A stretch of DNA of 64,000 bases from Octopus bimaculoides (Eukaryota). Below the pieces are notes generated by a model. The model was given only the letters and a program-made list of their open reading frames with translations. It did not search any database and was not told where the DNA came from. A program made the position numbers and the translations under genes. Numbering within the stretch: position 1 is the first letter of the stretch; every line of letters starts with the position of its first letter. The DNA lies in assembly GCF_001194135.2 (NCBI RefSeq), contig NC_069004.1:12845533-12909532 (forward strand), read 5' to 3'. Shown here one piece after another: positions 11,262-24,600 of the stretch.

Positions 11262-14200
11262 TTAATGACTAACATTTTGAATGTAGGAAACCTGGCCCTT
11301 CCTATCCTACCCAAATAGTCTGCTTCATGGCTAATTGGTATGCCATATGTCTGCTACAAAAGGAGATTTGGGAACTAAACTCCTAAAGTGTTGATCACTT
11401 GTTACAGTTACCTCTACGGATTTTCTATAGAAAATCGAGGGTTCCAGTTGATCTGATCAACGGAACAGCTTCCTCGTGAAATTAACGTGCAAGTGGCTGA
11501 GCACTCCACAGACACGTGTACCCTTAACGTAGTTCTCGGGGATATTCAGCGTGACACAGTTTGACAAGGCTGACCCTTTGAATTACAGGCACAACAGAAA
11601 CAGGAAGTAAGAGTGAGAGAAAGTTGTCGTGAAAGAGTACAGCAGGGTTCGCCACCATCCCCTGCCAGAGCCTCGTGGAGCTTTAGGTGTTTTCGCTCAA
11701 TAAACACTCACAACGCCCGGTCTGTTTTTTTATATTGCCAGAAGTCAATTATATGGAGTAAATTTAATACATTAATTGGAAAGATGAAAGTAGTTTAGAT
11801 ATCTTGATGAAAAATGATTTATTTATGCACACTATCAATAAGCCATGTAGCTGTAATGTTGTGAATTCATTGAATACTGTTTACAAATGTTAGTATAAGA
11901 TTATTAAAGTAACAAGCTGACAGAATCATTACTGTGTTGGACAAAATGCTTAGCAGCATCTCTTTAGTTCTTCGTGCTCTGAGGTCAACTTTGCCTTCCA
12001 ACACTCTAGAGTTGATAAAATAAAAAAACAATCAAATACTCCCCTCAAAATTGCAGGCCTTGTGCTTATGTTGGAAACAACCATAGGGTGTAGTGACAGC
12101 TCATAAATAAAATTAGTCGGAGTGCTGCTTCAGAAAATTTTTAGCCATTTTAATATTGTATAAAAGGAAACAGACATATAAAAAGAAAATTTATACATAA
12201 ACTTGACTGGTCCGTGTTATAGCCACTGCCAGGTAATGTGTTTAATTTGTTCACTGAACACTGCTGTGAATTCCCCTTTTTTTTCAAAAATCCCTGCTAA
12301 ATCAAAAAATAAGGGGAGAAAAAAGCCCTATTTTTCAAATCCTGGCAGCAACACTAGCTGAAAGCAGGATAATATTTTAATTCTACACTTTTTCACATTC
12401 AAGAATATAGACACGTTTTTAAGTACAACACGTGGAGTCAATAAGAAATACTACCTTCTGTTCACAGAACCTCAATAAAATTTCTGAGCCACTTGATAAG
12501 GTTCCATTCTCATCAGAGGATGATCAGATATTTAAGTTGCCCATTAATAAAGGTAAGAAATTAGACTAAACAGTTCTCCACTGACATACATGGAGACAAG
12601 AAACAAGAGTTCTATGTAGAATTTCACATGATCAACTGGACTATTAGGCATTACACAATGCACTTTGCATAATTTTAGCCTTCAAATGACACCACCCCAC
12701 TGGCTAGGTGAGCAGGCCAACACTCCCCCTTGATTAAATGGGGACTGGAGCAATGTGAAATGAAGTGTTTTGCCAAGAATACAATGTGCTGCCCAGTCTA
12801 GTGACCGTGAGTACACCAACCTAACCAGCAGGCCATGTGCCTTTACTATTCAATTTAGCTCGGCATAAAACAAAGTTAGTCTTGCAGTTTCCAGACTTGG
12901 GTCTGGTTATTCTATTACATAACTGGGGTTGAAGCCTTGGTGGAATTTTGCTTTAAGCACCTCATATAACCCCGCATAACATTTTGATTGTTTGGAATTT
13001 TCAGAAAATTCTTGCAAATTCATGTTCTATACATGGGAATTCATATAATTATGAAAAAATTTCTTTTTTTTAATTTTTCAAAACTGTTTTTTTTTAAATA
13101 TGGATTGTTCAGACTTTTGGCTTAAATCCCAGCAATGGGCCATTAAATATATTTTTGGGGAGAAAAATATTGGAAAACATCAATTTATGTCAGAGTGACA
13201 ACCAGAAACAAAGAAGGTAAGGTGGTCAAGAGATGCGCAAAAAAATAACAGCTAAATAGCCCTTAAATCACAAAAACAATTTGTTTTGCTTTTGTATAAT
13301 AGTATGAATTTTTGTGTGTAGACATAATTTCACAAAAAATTTTCCAAAAATTCCCCAAAATAAAAAAAGTTATATGGGGTGCTTAAACCACAATTCCACC
13401 ATTTGTCCTTCTCCATTTCTGGAATAAAGGTAACACTATGAGTGGGTTATATGGGTGCTTAGACCAGAATTCCACTGCAATTTCTGGCTGATAGGCATTA
13501 AGAGTTAAGCACTAGAATGTGACCAAAATGTGCAGTGCCATCAACACTAGATTTAGTGTTGGTGGAACATTCCAATTACTCTAAATGATATAAATTGTGT
13601 TGAGAATAATAAATTGGCTAAAGTAAAATGCAACACTAAGTAACACTGCTTAAAACAACTGAGTATTGCATTCCTTTGAGCTTCCGGAATATTGAAAAAT
13701 CTCCTATATTTGGATTAATGGAAGCAATGCACCTTCATTTTCCTGGGCCTCGTATCACACATTTTCTTCCTGCAACACAAAAAAAAAAAAGCTACATCTA
13801 TACTGAAGAAAGTTAAATTTTCTTCTTAGTTGGCTTTCCCCATTTATCCATTCACAGTTGAAAGCATCTCAATCTTGTGACATATCTTCAGTTTGAGCAG
13901 ACAAGATTTGAGAGCAAAAGTAGTGTAAAATCATTGGAAATACTCATCTACGAAGGAAATATCCTCTATTATTAGTGCCTTATCAAAGGGGGGAGCTGGC
14001 AGAATCGTCAGCATGCCAGGCAAAATGCTTAGTGGTGTTTCATTTGTCTTTGTGTTCTGCGTTCAAATTCCACCAAGGTCGACTTTGCCTTTCATCCTCT
14101 TGGGGTTGATAAAATAAGTATCAGTTGATAACTGGAGTTGATGTAATCAACTTACCCCTTCCCTGAAACTACTGGCCTTGTGCCAAAATTTAGAACCATT

Positions 14201-15123
14201 ATTAGTGCCTTAGTAATCAGAATTGAGCCAGTAATTGACTTGCTAGAAATAGCAACGGAATCACCCTGTTAAATAAAGAATTCGTCAGAGTTCTATGAAG
14301 TCCTATAAAACAGATAGTTGATGGTTGTAACACCTTTGATTGTAGGTCTGCTTCGTTTGGGTTAACTCGGGGCTAAACATAATCTCAGATCAAATCCATA
14401 GGTCGTTCACTGTCAAATGATTTAGAGCCAGAGAAGACCTATGATCCCAGATATTCCAGCTATGACCATCCTGTCATTTGTATATAGATGTACTGACTTC
14501 GACACTACTATAGTGAAGAGTGGAGGTCTCTACTTTGCACAGTTGTCTCGTTATGCCTCCAACTGGGCCCTCTCTACTCTCTGCATTTCTTTCCACACCA
14601 CACCCAGTCCTTTCTAGAACGTCAATCCCGTGGAATTTCCTCCCGTTTCCATGCGCATTTTTTTTTCGGCAGTTCTTGATTTCCAACTATTCAAGGTCCA
14701 TGTAGACCTCATTAGTGTAAGAAGATGTGTGAAGGCGATAAACAGACACTCTTCCTTCCGTTTTTAAGAGGGTAGGGTGTGGGTTGAGAAAATTTGGCTG
14801 CTATTTCTAGAAGCTCGTAAAACCACATATAGGCTCTCTCAATGCCTAACAATCATTCAGTTGAACTTTACTTTTATTAGATATATCATTACTGTAGTTT
14901 TTACAGTATTACCATTCTTAGATATTAAAGTATTATTTTGCATTGTATTCACTGTCGTATGTTTGTTATTATGATGTATAAAAGTTTATTACCAAGTAAT
15001 TTCAGGTTGCTGTTTAGTTATTTCGTTTCGTTAGTTTTCATTTTCTTTTTTTCCTTCGTCGTTCGTTTCGCTACGTCGTTATACATTTTTGTAATCACTC
15101 ATTCCATGTCGGAAACTTCAAGA

Positions 15124-15137
15124 GCGGGAGATTTGAC
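15124..15137 (+). promoter_or_regulatory. Candidate E2F/CHR-like bipartite element in a CpG-enriched patch; possible FIRRM promoter
   Basis: GCGG-GAGA-TTTGAC with 4-nt spacing; local CpG enrichment at 15020-15130; the first FIRRM coding exon has an upstream acceptor at 18545-18546. Confidence 0.35.
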
Positions 15138-15374
15138 AACAATATTTCTTGAACTGATGGAAGTATTTTTTAATATAAATGTGTTTTAATGATGGACACA
15201 CACACATAGAGGTTTGAAAATTGGATTTCTCTGTGAATTACTAACAATTTAAATACACTCTCTGTCTAGATAGGTTATAGTTGTTCAACAACACTTCGGT
15301 CTTTCAGTTTTAAAAGTGTTTATGTTTGTATGCGTGTGTATATATATATATATGGCAAACATTCGATATAAGTG

Positions 15375-15408
<34 letters not shown>

Positions 15409-15698
15409 NNNNNNNNNNNNNNNNNNNNNNNNNNNNNNNNNNNNNNNNNNNNNNNNNNNNNNNNNNNNNNNNNNNNNNNNNNNNNNNNNNNNNNNNNNNN
15501 NNNNNNNNNNNNNNNNNNNNATGATATTTTTTTAAAAACTGTTTCAACTTCATTCATTGATACCTGTAGCTGTAACCCCACTAGATCAGATTTATATTAA
15601 GGTTTATAATTGCCATTATTATTTCAGTGTTATGTTGGATATTTGTTAAAACAGTTTCTCTTTCCCTCGTAATAAATGTTTTTCTGAGATATACCTAG

Positions 15699-16340
15699 GT
15701 AGAGGTAAAGAGAATGTGTACACCACCTGTTTTCGGGGGTTTTTAAATTTTGTATTCAAAAATTTGGGGGGGATTTCTATATAGAATACGATTTTGCCCC
15801 AAAATCACGTCAGTGTGGCGAAGGTAAAGAATACGTACACCACCCGTTTTCGACGGAGCCCTAACCCTAAACACCAAAACGGGTGGTGTGCGTATTCTTT
15901 ACCTTTGTCGAAACACTCAATGGCTTTTCCACCTCCACGGTTTCAAAAAATAAAAACCCAGAATGTTTAACTTTCGATTGATGTTTCACGCATGCATAGA
16001 ATTCTACTGAAATAGCAGACGTCAAAAATATCATCACCACCAGAAATCCCGTCATACTAGAAACAACAGCGAATCGACATTATTTCTGGAAAAACTTCTC
16101 CGCTTTCCAATAAGCTAAAGGTAAAACATTCGGAGGTGATGGGTGAAAGTTGGAGAAGGGGATTTGGATGTTTCTATAAGAGAAATTTAAAAAAGAATTC
16201 TTAAAGATTTGTAATCAATATTTTTCTACGTGGATTATAAAAAAAAAAATTTCGAGAAAAGTTAAAAATTAAAAATTTGGGCTGGGGAGGGTTAGGGTTA
16301 TTAACATTTTGAAAACGTGTTTTGGGGGGCAAAATTCTAA
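15699..16340. mobile_element. Putative non-autonomous DNA element with nested inverted repeats and TTAGGG/CCCTAA motifs (Helentron-like?)
   Basis: 30-bp IR 15821-15850 / 15876-15905 (1 mismatch) around CCCTAACCCTAA; outer IR ttttgccccaaaatcacg / cgtgttttggggggcaaaa; third diverged direct copy near 15700. Confidence 0.45.
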
Positions 16341-17369
16341 TTCTCCTATATCAAAAACAGGAACCCGAAGAAATTTTGGAAAAAAATAAGGAAGGGAGAT
16401 AAAGTTTCTAAATACACTCATCACAAATACAAATTACTAATTAAAAAAAATAAAAAGATCATTTCAATTTAAGTTGAGCTGTAATTTTATAATTCATACT
16501 TAAGTTTTACCTAGTGTGTCTGTGCAAAAGAAGTTATTTGTACATACCTTTCTGAATTCCAAAAGAAGAAAAACTTTCAACAGACTCCAGCCATTGAATT
16601 CCCAAACAAGTCTTGCATGTGTATCTGTTGTATTGGATGCGCAAGAGAAACATAAAAACGTACGCATAAATAAGTTATGTTTGCAATTATCTATATAATT
16701 GATAGCAAAGTTTGTATAAAATGAAAATAAATCCACGATTAGTCACACAGATCGATCAAGTTATTGAAGTTTTAAGAGTTTTGTGACAACATAGTGTCTT
16801 GATACATTCTAATGAAAATGTGATAGCAAGAGTTAATGCCACTCTTTCTTTGGAAGAGAAATTAATTTTTGTGGTAGTAATGGTGGTGAAGAAAACATTT
16901 GTTGTGTATTCAATACAACAGATACATGTACAAGATTTGTGTGGGGATTCAATAGCTGGAGTCTCCTGAAAGTCTTTCTTTTGGAATTCAGAAAGGTATG
17001 TACAAATAACTTCTTTTGTACGCGCACAAATTCAGTTTGTCTTCTACTATAGCCTTGGGTCGACCGAAGCCTTGTAAGTGGATTTGGTAGACAGAAACTA
17101 AAAGAAGCCCATTGCGTCCTGCATGGAAAGCGGATGTTAAGTGATGATGATGATGTGTGTATGACTTTGTATCTACGTTTGTCCCCCACCACCGCTTAAC
17201 AAGAAGTGTTTGTTTACAACCCTGTAACTTAGTGGTTGGTTCAGCAAAAGAGACTGAGTATACTAGGCTCAAAAGAGTTGTCCTGGAGTCAATTTGTTCT
17301 ACTAAAACCCTTCAAGGCAGTGCCCCAACATGGCCGCAGTCAAATGACTGAACCAAGTAAAAGATGCTG

Positions 17370-17700
17370 AGCAGAGATCCCCTTCGGTCATGACTGACCA
17401 TGGGATTGCATCTAGAAAGTTACCTTCCCAGGCACAAGTTAGGGCAAGGTTGTTTATGGAAGACCAGAAGTCACCTATGCATACCGGCCTTCCCTCTCCA
17501 CGCCACCAATGTTATCCAAGGGAAAGGGGCCGATACAGCTTGGCACCTGTGACATCGCAACTCATTTCTACAGCTGAGTGAACTGGAGCAACGTGAAATA
17601 CAGTGTCTTTCTCAAGAACACAACACGCAGCCCGGTCTGGGATTCGAACTCATGATCATAAGCTCGACACTCTAACCACTGAGCCATGCGCCTTCACAAA
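17370..17700 (-). mobile_element. tRNA-headed SINE (second copy 46722-47035)
   Basis: B-box ggattcgaactc and A-box ctaaccactgagcc on the plus strand; both copies are highly similar. Confidence 0.8.
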
Positions 17701-17721
17701 ATAGATATAAGATATATACAT

Positions 17722-18403
17722 ATCATCATCATCATCATCATCGTTTAACATCCGCTTTCCATGCTAGCATGGGTTGGACGATTTGACTGAGGACTGGTGA
17801 AACCGGATGGCAACACCAGGCTCCAATCTAAATTTGGCAGAGTTTCTACAGCTGGATGCCCTTCCTAACGCCAACGACTCAGAGAGTGTAGTAGGTGCTT
17901 TTACATGTCACCTGCACGAAGGCCAGTCAGGCGATACTGGCAACGGCCACGCTCGAAATGGTGTCTTTTATGTGCCACCCGCACAAGCCAGTCCAGGGGC
18001 ACTGGCAACGATCTTACTTGGCTTGCCGGGTCTTCTCACGCACAGCACATTTCCAAAGGTCTCGGTCAGTAGTCATCGCCTCGGTGAGGCCCAATGTACG
18101 AAGGTCTTATATATAGATATATATATGTAAACTAGAGTAATAGNNNNNNNNNNACGATCTCGCTTGAAAATCCTACGGAAGCCAGTCAGGCGGTACTGGC
18201 AACGGCCACGCTCAAAATGGTGCATCTTATGTGCCACCCGCACAAGAGCCAGTCCAGGGGCACTGGCAACGATCTTACTTGGCTTGCCGGGTCTTCTCAC
18301 GCACAGCACATTTCCAAAGGTCTCGGTCAGTAGTCATCGCCTCGGTGAGGCCCAATGTACGAAGGTCTTATATATAGATATATATATGTAAACTAGAGTA
18401 ATA
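17722..18403 (-). mobile_element. Young SINE-like repeat with (GAT)n tail and internal tandem units (copies 34565-34975 +, 39560-39850 -, 40316-40457 -, 44155-44305 +, 60735-60880 +)
   Basis: Near-identical 3' ends aacccatgctagcatggaaagcggacgttaaacgatgatgat across copies. Confidence 0.85.
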
Positions 18404-18565
18404 GGTTTTGTGGCACAAACAGATGAAGTGATTTTGTGAAAATAATGTTTATAGTAGAGATAGAGCAAGGTGAAATGATGATGTTATGTTGTCTAAACAA
18501 TGTCAGTTTGTCTTAATGATGAATTAACTATTTTGCTTCATTTCAGATTGCCAAATATCATCATC

Positions 18566-18655
18566 ATGTCACAGTTATTGTTTGTTGAAGATGTTCGAAG
18601 TTGGGAGTCAACAAAATGTCAGCAGGAACTGAACTGCGCTCTCCCAAAGCTTGTT
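18566..18655 (+). CDS. FIRRM: FIRRM exon 1
   Basis: MSQLLFVEDVRSWESTKCQQELNCALPKLV; donor gtatcc. Confidence 0.82.
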
Positions 18656-21600
18656 GTATCCTTTAGTTTTCATGAAATTTAACACAGCTATTTAACTGTG
18701 CTGATATAATCAGTTGATTTTCTATGATACTTAATTGAAAATGTATTCACATGCAAAAGCTTGAAAGAAATGATGCTAGCATACTCCACTGGATGTACAA
18801 TGCCAGTGTGCACGTCTTAGAAAAATTGGGTATATGATACATCAGATTTGGTGTGCAAGAGAGAAGACCATGCTGGTATGAACATGTTATGCGTATGTAT
18901 GAGGACAGCTGCGTAAAAAGTGTCAACCTCTAATTATGGAAGGAACCTGTGGAAGAGGTAAACCCAGGAAGAAGTGAAACAAAAGTGGTGAAATATGATC
19001 TTCAGTTGTTGAGTCACATGGAGGCAATGACAAGTGACTGAGACTTCTGGCAATTTGCTGTGCTTGAGGAGACAATGTCAGCCTAAGTAAAATCGTGGTT
19101 GTAGCCAATGCTGGTGACATGTAAAAGACACCCAGCATACTCTGTAAAGTGGTTCGCATTAGGAAGGGCTTCCAACCATAGAAACCAAGCTAAAACAGAT
19201 GACTGGGAGCCTGGTGCAGCTCTCCGACTTATCAGCTCCAGTCAAACCATGCAACCCATGCCATTATAGAAAACAGACATTAAATGATGAAGATCATGAT
19301 GTATTCAATTATGTTGGAATTTAGTCACTGTTGAGGTGGTGGTGACTCAATTGGTTCAGAGCTAAAGGGAACTCTCGGAATAAAATGGCATAGAGTAATA
19401 GCTGTATGCCACATTTACATATGTTTCAAAGTAAATGTGTATTCTGGAACTGATATTTTCACAGCCTAATATTTTTCATCCTCTGTGATACCCCCATTTA
19501 TTTTCCTTAATTTACTTCAGTCCTGCTTTTCTAGTGATATCGGTGTTGATAGTAAAGTTGGTAAGTAAAATATTTTGTAGTGTTTAGTCAGTTCTTGTAG
19601 TTGCCAACTGGTAGTTAGTTTCTTGAGCCCTGAAAGGTAAAGTTAAACCCAGTGCTGGGTTTGAACTCGGAACAGAATAGGAAGTAACTAAATATCTCAA
19701 AATATTTACCTGATACTCTACTGATTTTCCCAACACACTACGAGCTGGTATCAAAAAGTTGTTGTTTATACATCCATCCATCCCCCCACTTTGGGCTACC
19801 CCATTACTTTTCTTCAATAACCCCTGGATCTGTCCACTCTCCTTAGGGGTAGGGCAGTACTACCCACTTAGGGAACCACTGAATTAGCTTACATTTATGA
19901 GAAAAAAAGATGTGTTTTTCTTCTTTTATTTCTAAGTTTCTATGATTTCATGTTTATTTGGTTCTTTTTTTTCAGGGGTTTTGAATATTATTTGTACATC
20001 ATTTCTGCCTCACATGAAGCTTGCTGCTATTGAGACAAGACTCTTTCACAACATAAGTTCAAAGGTAGGGGATTTAGTAGCATTTCATAAAATTGAAGGA
20101 GCAACTCTACCCAACTGATTAGGGGGCCATTTACTTTAAGTTTGTTATCTATCCCAATTTCTTTGACCTTTAAACATTATCAACTCTAAATGCTTATCAT
20201 ATAATAATCATTTCTTTCAGTTTGACTAATCACCAGCAGAAGCAGCAGAAGGTTATATAATCTGTAATTGTTTCTCATTTCAAGATAAAAAGAAAATTGC
20301 TGTTTCCTGTAATTCTTCAAAAATTATTCAATGTTTTCAACCTTCTATAATTTATTTATTTTTCTTTTGGTGAAGGATGGGCAACACACACACACATATA
20401 TATATAACACATGCACCAGTGTTTGTGCCACATAAACAGCACCCAGTCCACAGCTGCCTTTAGTAGAGTCCTCTCTATGTTGCAAGTATTCAAGGAAGGT
20501 CTCTGGTCTAAGTGCAATTCGCCTCCTTAGTGTCTGCTTCCCTGAAATAGATTTTGACTGCTGCTCTTTCTCTTGTGTTAAACCACAAAAAATGCATCTT
20601 TTCTAGGGACCAGCATCTTAACTATACTATAATTAACAATATAATAATAACACTGTGTGACAAAATTTTTATTTTTGTCTTTGGTCAGTAAGTGCTATTT
20701 CCTGTTTGCTTCTATCTAAAAATCAATAGAAATAACTACTATTCCCTTCGAATTTTGCTTTTTGTCACCTGGGTATCAATGTTTTGAAACTGACCTCTTT
20801 CCCATTACATTTCAGACAGATTCAGTGCTGAGTTGCTGAAGCAGAAATATCATTATAGCAAATATTCAGCTCAGTACTACATATTTGCTTGTCAGTTGCT
20901 TGACCTTAACCACATGAGTATGTCCCTTAGTGGCTGACAATATGTGCATCTCAGATCATGAGCAAGAGTAGTTGGGGAACATCATAGCCATATGTTGAGA
21001 GGGATTCTTTTGGGGTTTGAATAAATGTAAAAAAAGCAAAGTCTGAAGGAAATATCAACCATTTTCCATACTTTCTAGGGGTAAGCAAGTAGGAAATAAC
21101 TGTTGCTACCCAAGGAAAAAAATCATATTACACAGTGTAATTAACTACACTATAATAATTAGCTATACTATAATTAGTTTAATAACAAAATTATTATTCC
21201 ATTTCTTGCCAGTATTAAAGGTAAGATATAAATTACTTTACAGTTTACCAAAAAAACAAGATTTAGGGTTTTGAAGAATTACAGTCTCCTCACATTTTGC
21301 AGAAGACAGAGTTTCATTTATTCCCTTTGGAATAGTAGAAATATTGTAATTTCCAATTCCTTATACATTGAAAATTACAAAGCCTAATTGAATATTTTGT
21401 CTGTGTTCCAGATAAATGATTTGTTGGCAGAAATATTAGAAAATGCTAAGCAAATTCTTCAAGAAGTTACAGAAAAGTCATCTGAATGCCACCAAGAGGT
21501 TGTGGCTATGCTGAAGGTAAGTTTCCAATATATAATCAAAAGTGGCGAGCCAGCAGAATCGTTAGCGTGCTGGATGAAATGCTTAGTGGTATTTTGCCCA

Positions 21601-24600
21601 TTTCTATGTTCTAAGTTCAAATTCCACTGTGGTCAACTTTGCCTTTCTTCCTTCAGGGATCAATAAAGTAAGTACTAGTTGAACACAGGTCAATGTAATT
21701 GACTTATCCCCACTTCCCCCAAGCTGCTCTTGTGGAAAAAATTTGAAATAATAACAATAACAATTATTATCATTATTATTATTATTACTACTACTACTAG
21801 ACAAGCAGAAAAACACCTCATGGTATTTGTTTTGGTTCTTTAACTTCTATGTTCAAATTCCAAATTGGTCAAACTTTTGGGGTTGATAAAATGAGTACCA
21901 GTTTAATATTGGAGTCCATTTAATAATTAGTGCTGATCCCTTAAATCTAAGACCCTATATTTATGTTAAAAAGTCTTTTTTTAATTAAATTTTTTTTTTA
22001 TTTTTATACATTATTCACATTCGATGGATATTTGTCCTCATCTTGTTTGTTGTTAACACAACGTTTCAGCTGGTATACCCTCCAGCCTTCTTCGGGTGTC
22101 TTGGGGAAATTTCAAACCTGGGTTCTCATTCCTAAGGTATTTTGGGGATTAGTGGTTAATTCCAAGCAGTGACCTGAACAATGATAATAATACTAATAAT
22201 AATAACATCGAAAAATACCTTAGGAATGAGAACCCAGGTTCGAAATTTCCCCCAAGACACCTGACGAAGGCTGGAGGCTATATCAGCCGAAACGTTGGGT
22301 TAACAACAAAGATGAGGACAAATATCCGTCGAATGTAAATAATGTACATAATTCCTCATCTCTTGAATACAGAACTGTATTTTTATTTTTATTTTGTATA
22401 TTAACAGCTTGCTGTAAATATTGTGGAATCTACAGAGAGTTGTATGAAATATGTGTGTGGAGCCAGTGAACTTGTCGACTTGGAAAATATACATTCCTTG
22501 CTCTCCTCTGTCCTCAGAGTTTTAACACAATCTTATGAACATTGTAAGGTAAGTTCAGTTTAATTAAATATTTCTAGGGTTGCAATGTTCTGCAAAGTTT
22601 GAGCAAGATGCTCCATTCTAACACTAACTAATCAGTTGAGAACTGAGGATGACCCCTGCTTTTTAGCTAAGTTCACTGAAGTATGCCAAGGGTTATACCT
22701 TGTGTTTGCTTTTAGCTGAGTTTGAAGTATTATGGCAGTTAAAAGTCTTTCATTTGTACCAATGTTGATGGCCAATGTCTTGTAGGAGAGGTTTCAAAAT
22801 TATTGTGTATGGTGAAGGCATGGTTTTGTAGATATGAAGGCGTAGATGTGGCTGTGGGTAAGAAATTTGTATCCCAACCCCATGGTTATGAGTTCAGTCC
22901 TACTGTGTGTCACTTTGGCCATGTATCTTCTATTCTGGCCTCGGACTGGCCTAATCCTTGTGAGTGAATTTGGTAGGCAAAATCTGAAAGAAAACCATCA
23001 TGGGTGTATATCAGTGTGTCTCCTTATCTTCACATTGTGTGATAGTTGTAAATGATTACCACTGTCATACAAGCAGTGTAATTCATTTCCAGTATTTTGC
23101 AAAAACATGTCTGGGCATGGAAAAATGTTACCCTGCTTGGAAACAGGTGAGGGTGGTGACAGAAAAGGCAAGTACAGAAAAGAGAATATTAAAGCAATTG
23201 TATTTCAAAGGCCCCTGAAAAATTTTGCTTTAGATGTATGTATTGGTATGTATTACAAGAAACAGGTTCTTTCTCAAATGTTTTACATAGTTCAACCCAC
23301 ACAAGTGAATGTGTGAAAAAGGAAAATAGTAATTTCGAAAGAAATGTCTATAAAACTAATTTCTGAACATAGAATGGCTATGGGGGTCCACCATAATAAA
23401 ATAGTAATCAAAGGGGTCCGTAGATAAAAAAATGATTGATTAAAACAGAATAAACTATACCTCGACACATGCTTGTTTCTGATTATTTTTATGCATAGCT
23501 TAACAAAGCTATAATATTGATAATGACATATATATATATATATATATGTCTTTTACTTGCTTCAGTCATTAGACTGTGGCCATGCTGGAGCACTGCATTG
23601 AAGGAATTTTAGGTGAATGAATTGACTGCAGTATTTATTCTAATTTATTTTTTAAAGACTGAGGATTATCCTATCAGTCTCTTTTGTCGAATATGTGAAT
23701 ATTAGCTCTTTTATAAATAGCTGACATTCCTAAATGACAACTACTGAAGTATGATGTAGAAGAACTAGACTTCTTTTAATGATATTAACCATGTCTGTGT
23801 AACTGAAATATCCTCTACCATTTGTTCCAGGAGAGTCCTACCATTTATGGTAACCTGTTGCCACTTTTATCTGATGTTTTGTCCAGTTTTTTCAAAAAGA
23901 CTCACCAACTACAAACTGTAATTATTGGTTTATCTTTTCTCATATGATTTCTAAAATTCATTTAATCTTTCAATGTTACATTCTTGTAATTGTAGAGATA
24001 AACTCTTCAAACACTTTCAACACTGACAATTACTACATGACTGATATTTCTCTTTAATTTCTAATCCATTAAGATTAAATGCAAATTTTCCATCACCAGA
24101 TAAAATGCTAATTTAACAGATAAATTTCCCCAAACACTAAGGGTATCTTCTCATTTTGCAATAATTGGAACTAGTAATACAGCTTAGTGTTTTACTCAAG
24201 ATACACAGGCATGGCCCAGTGTTTAAGAAGTTTACTTTTTAACCATGTGGTTTTGGGATCAGTCCCACTGACTGGCACCTTGAGCAAGTGTTTTCTACAG
24301 CAGCTCTGGGCCAACCAAAACTTTTGAGTGGATTTGGTAGATGGAAACCTGTTTGAGTGTATATGTGTGTCTGTCTGTCTGTGCATGTGTATGTGCATGC
24401 AAAGATGTATTTGTTTTTGTGTAACTTGGGTAAATGTTGTAAATGGATATCATAACCATACAAGTGGTGTCTTTCATTCCCAATCTTCTGTAAAAACATG
24501 TCTGGCCATGAAGAAAACATCTTGCCTGAAAATATATAAGGGTTGGTGACAGGAAGGGTATCCAGTTGTAGAAAATCTGTCTCAGTGTGTCCCCTCTGGC

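Noticed and set aside
17940-18403. Apparent ~200-bp tandem duplication
   Set aside because: Identical ends on both sides of a 10-N gap inside a SINE with internal repeats; probably an assembly artefact.
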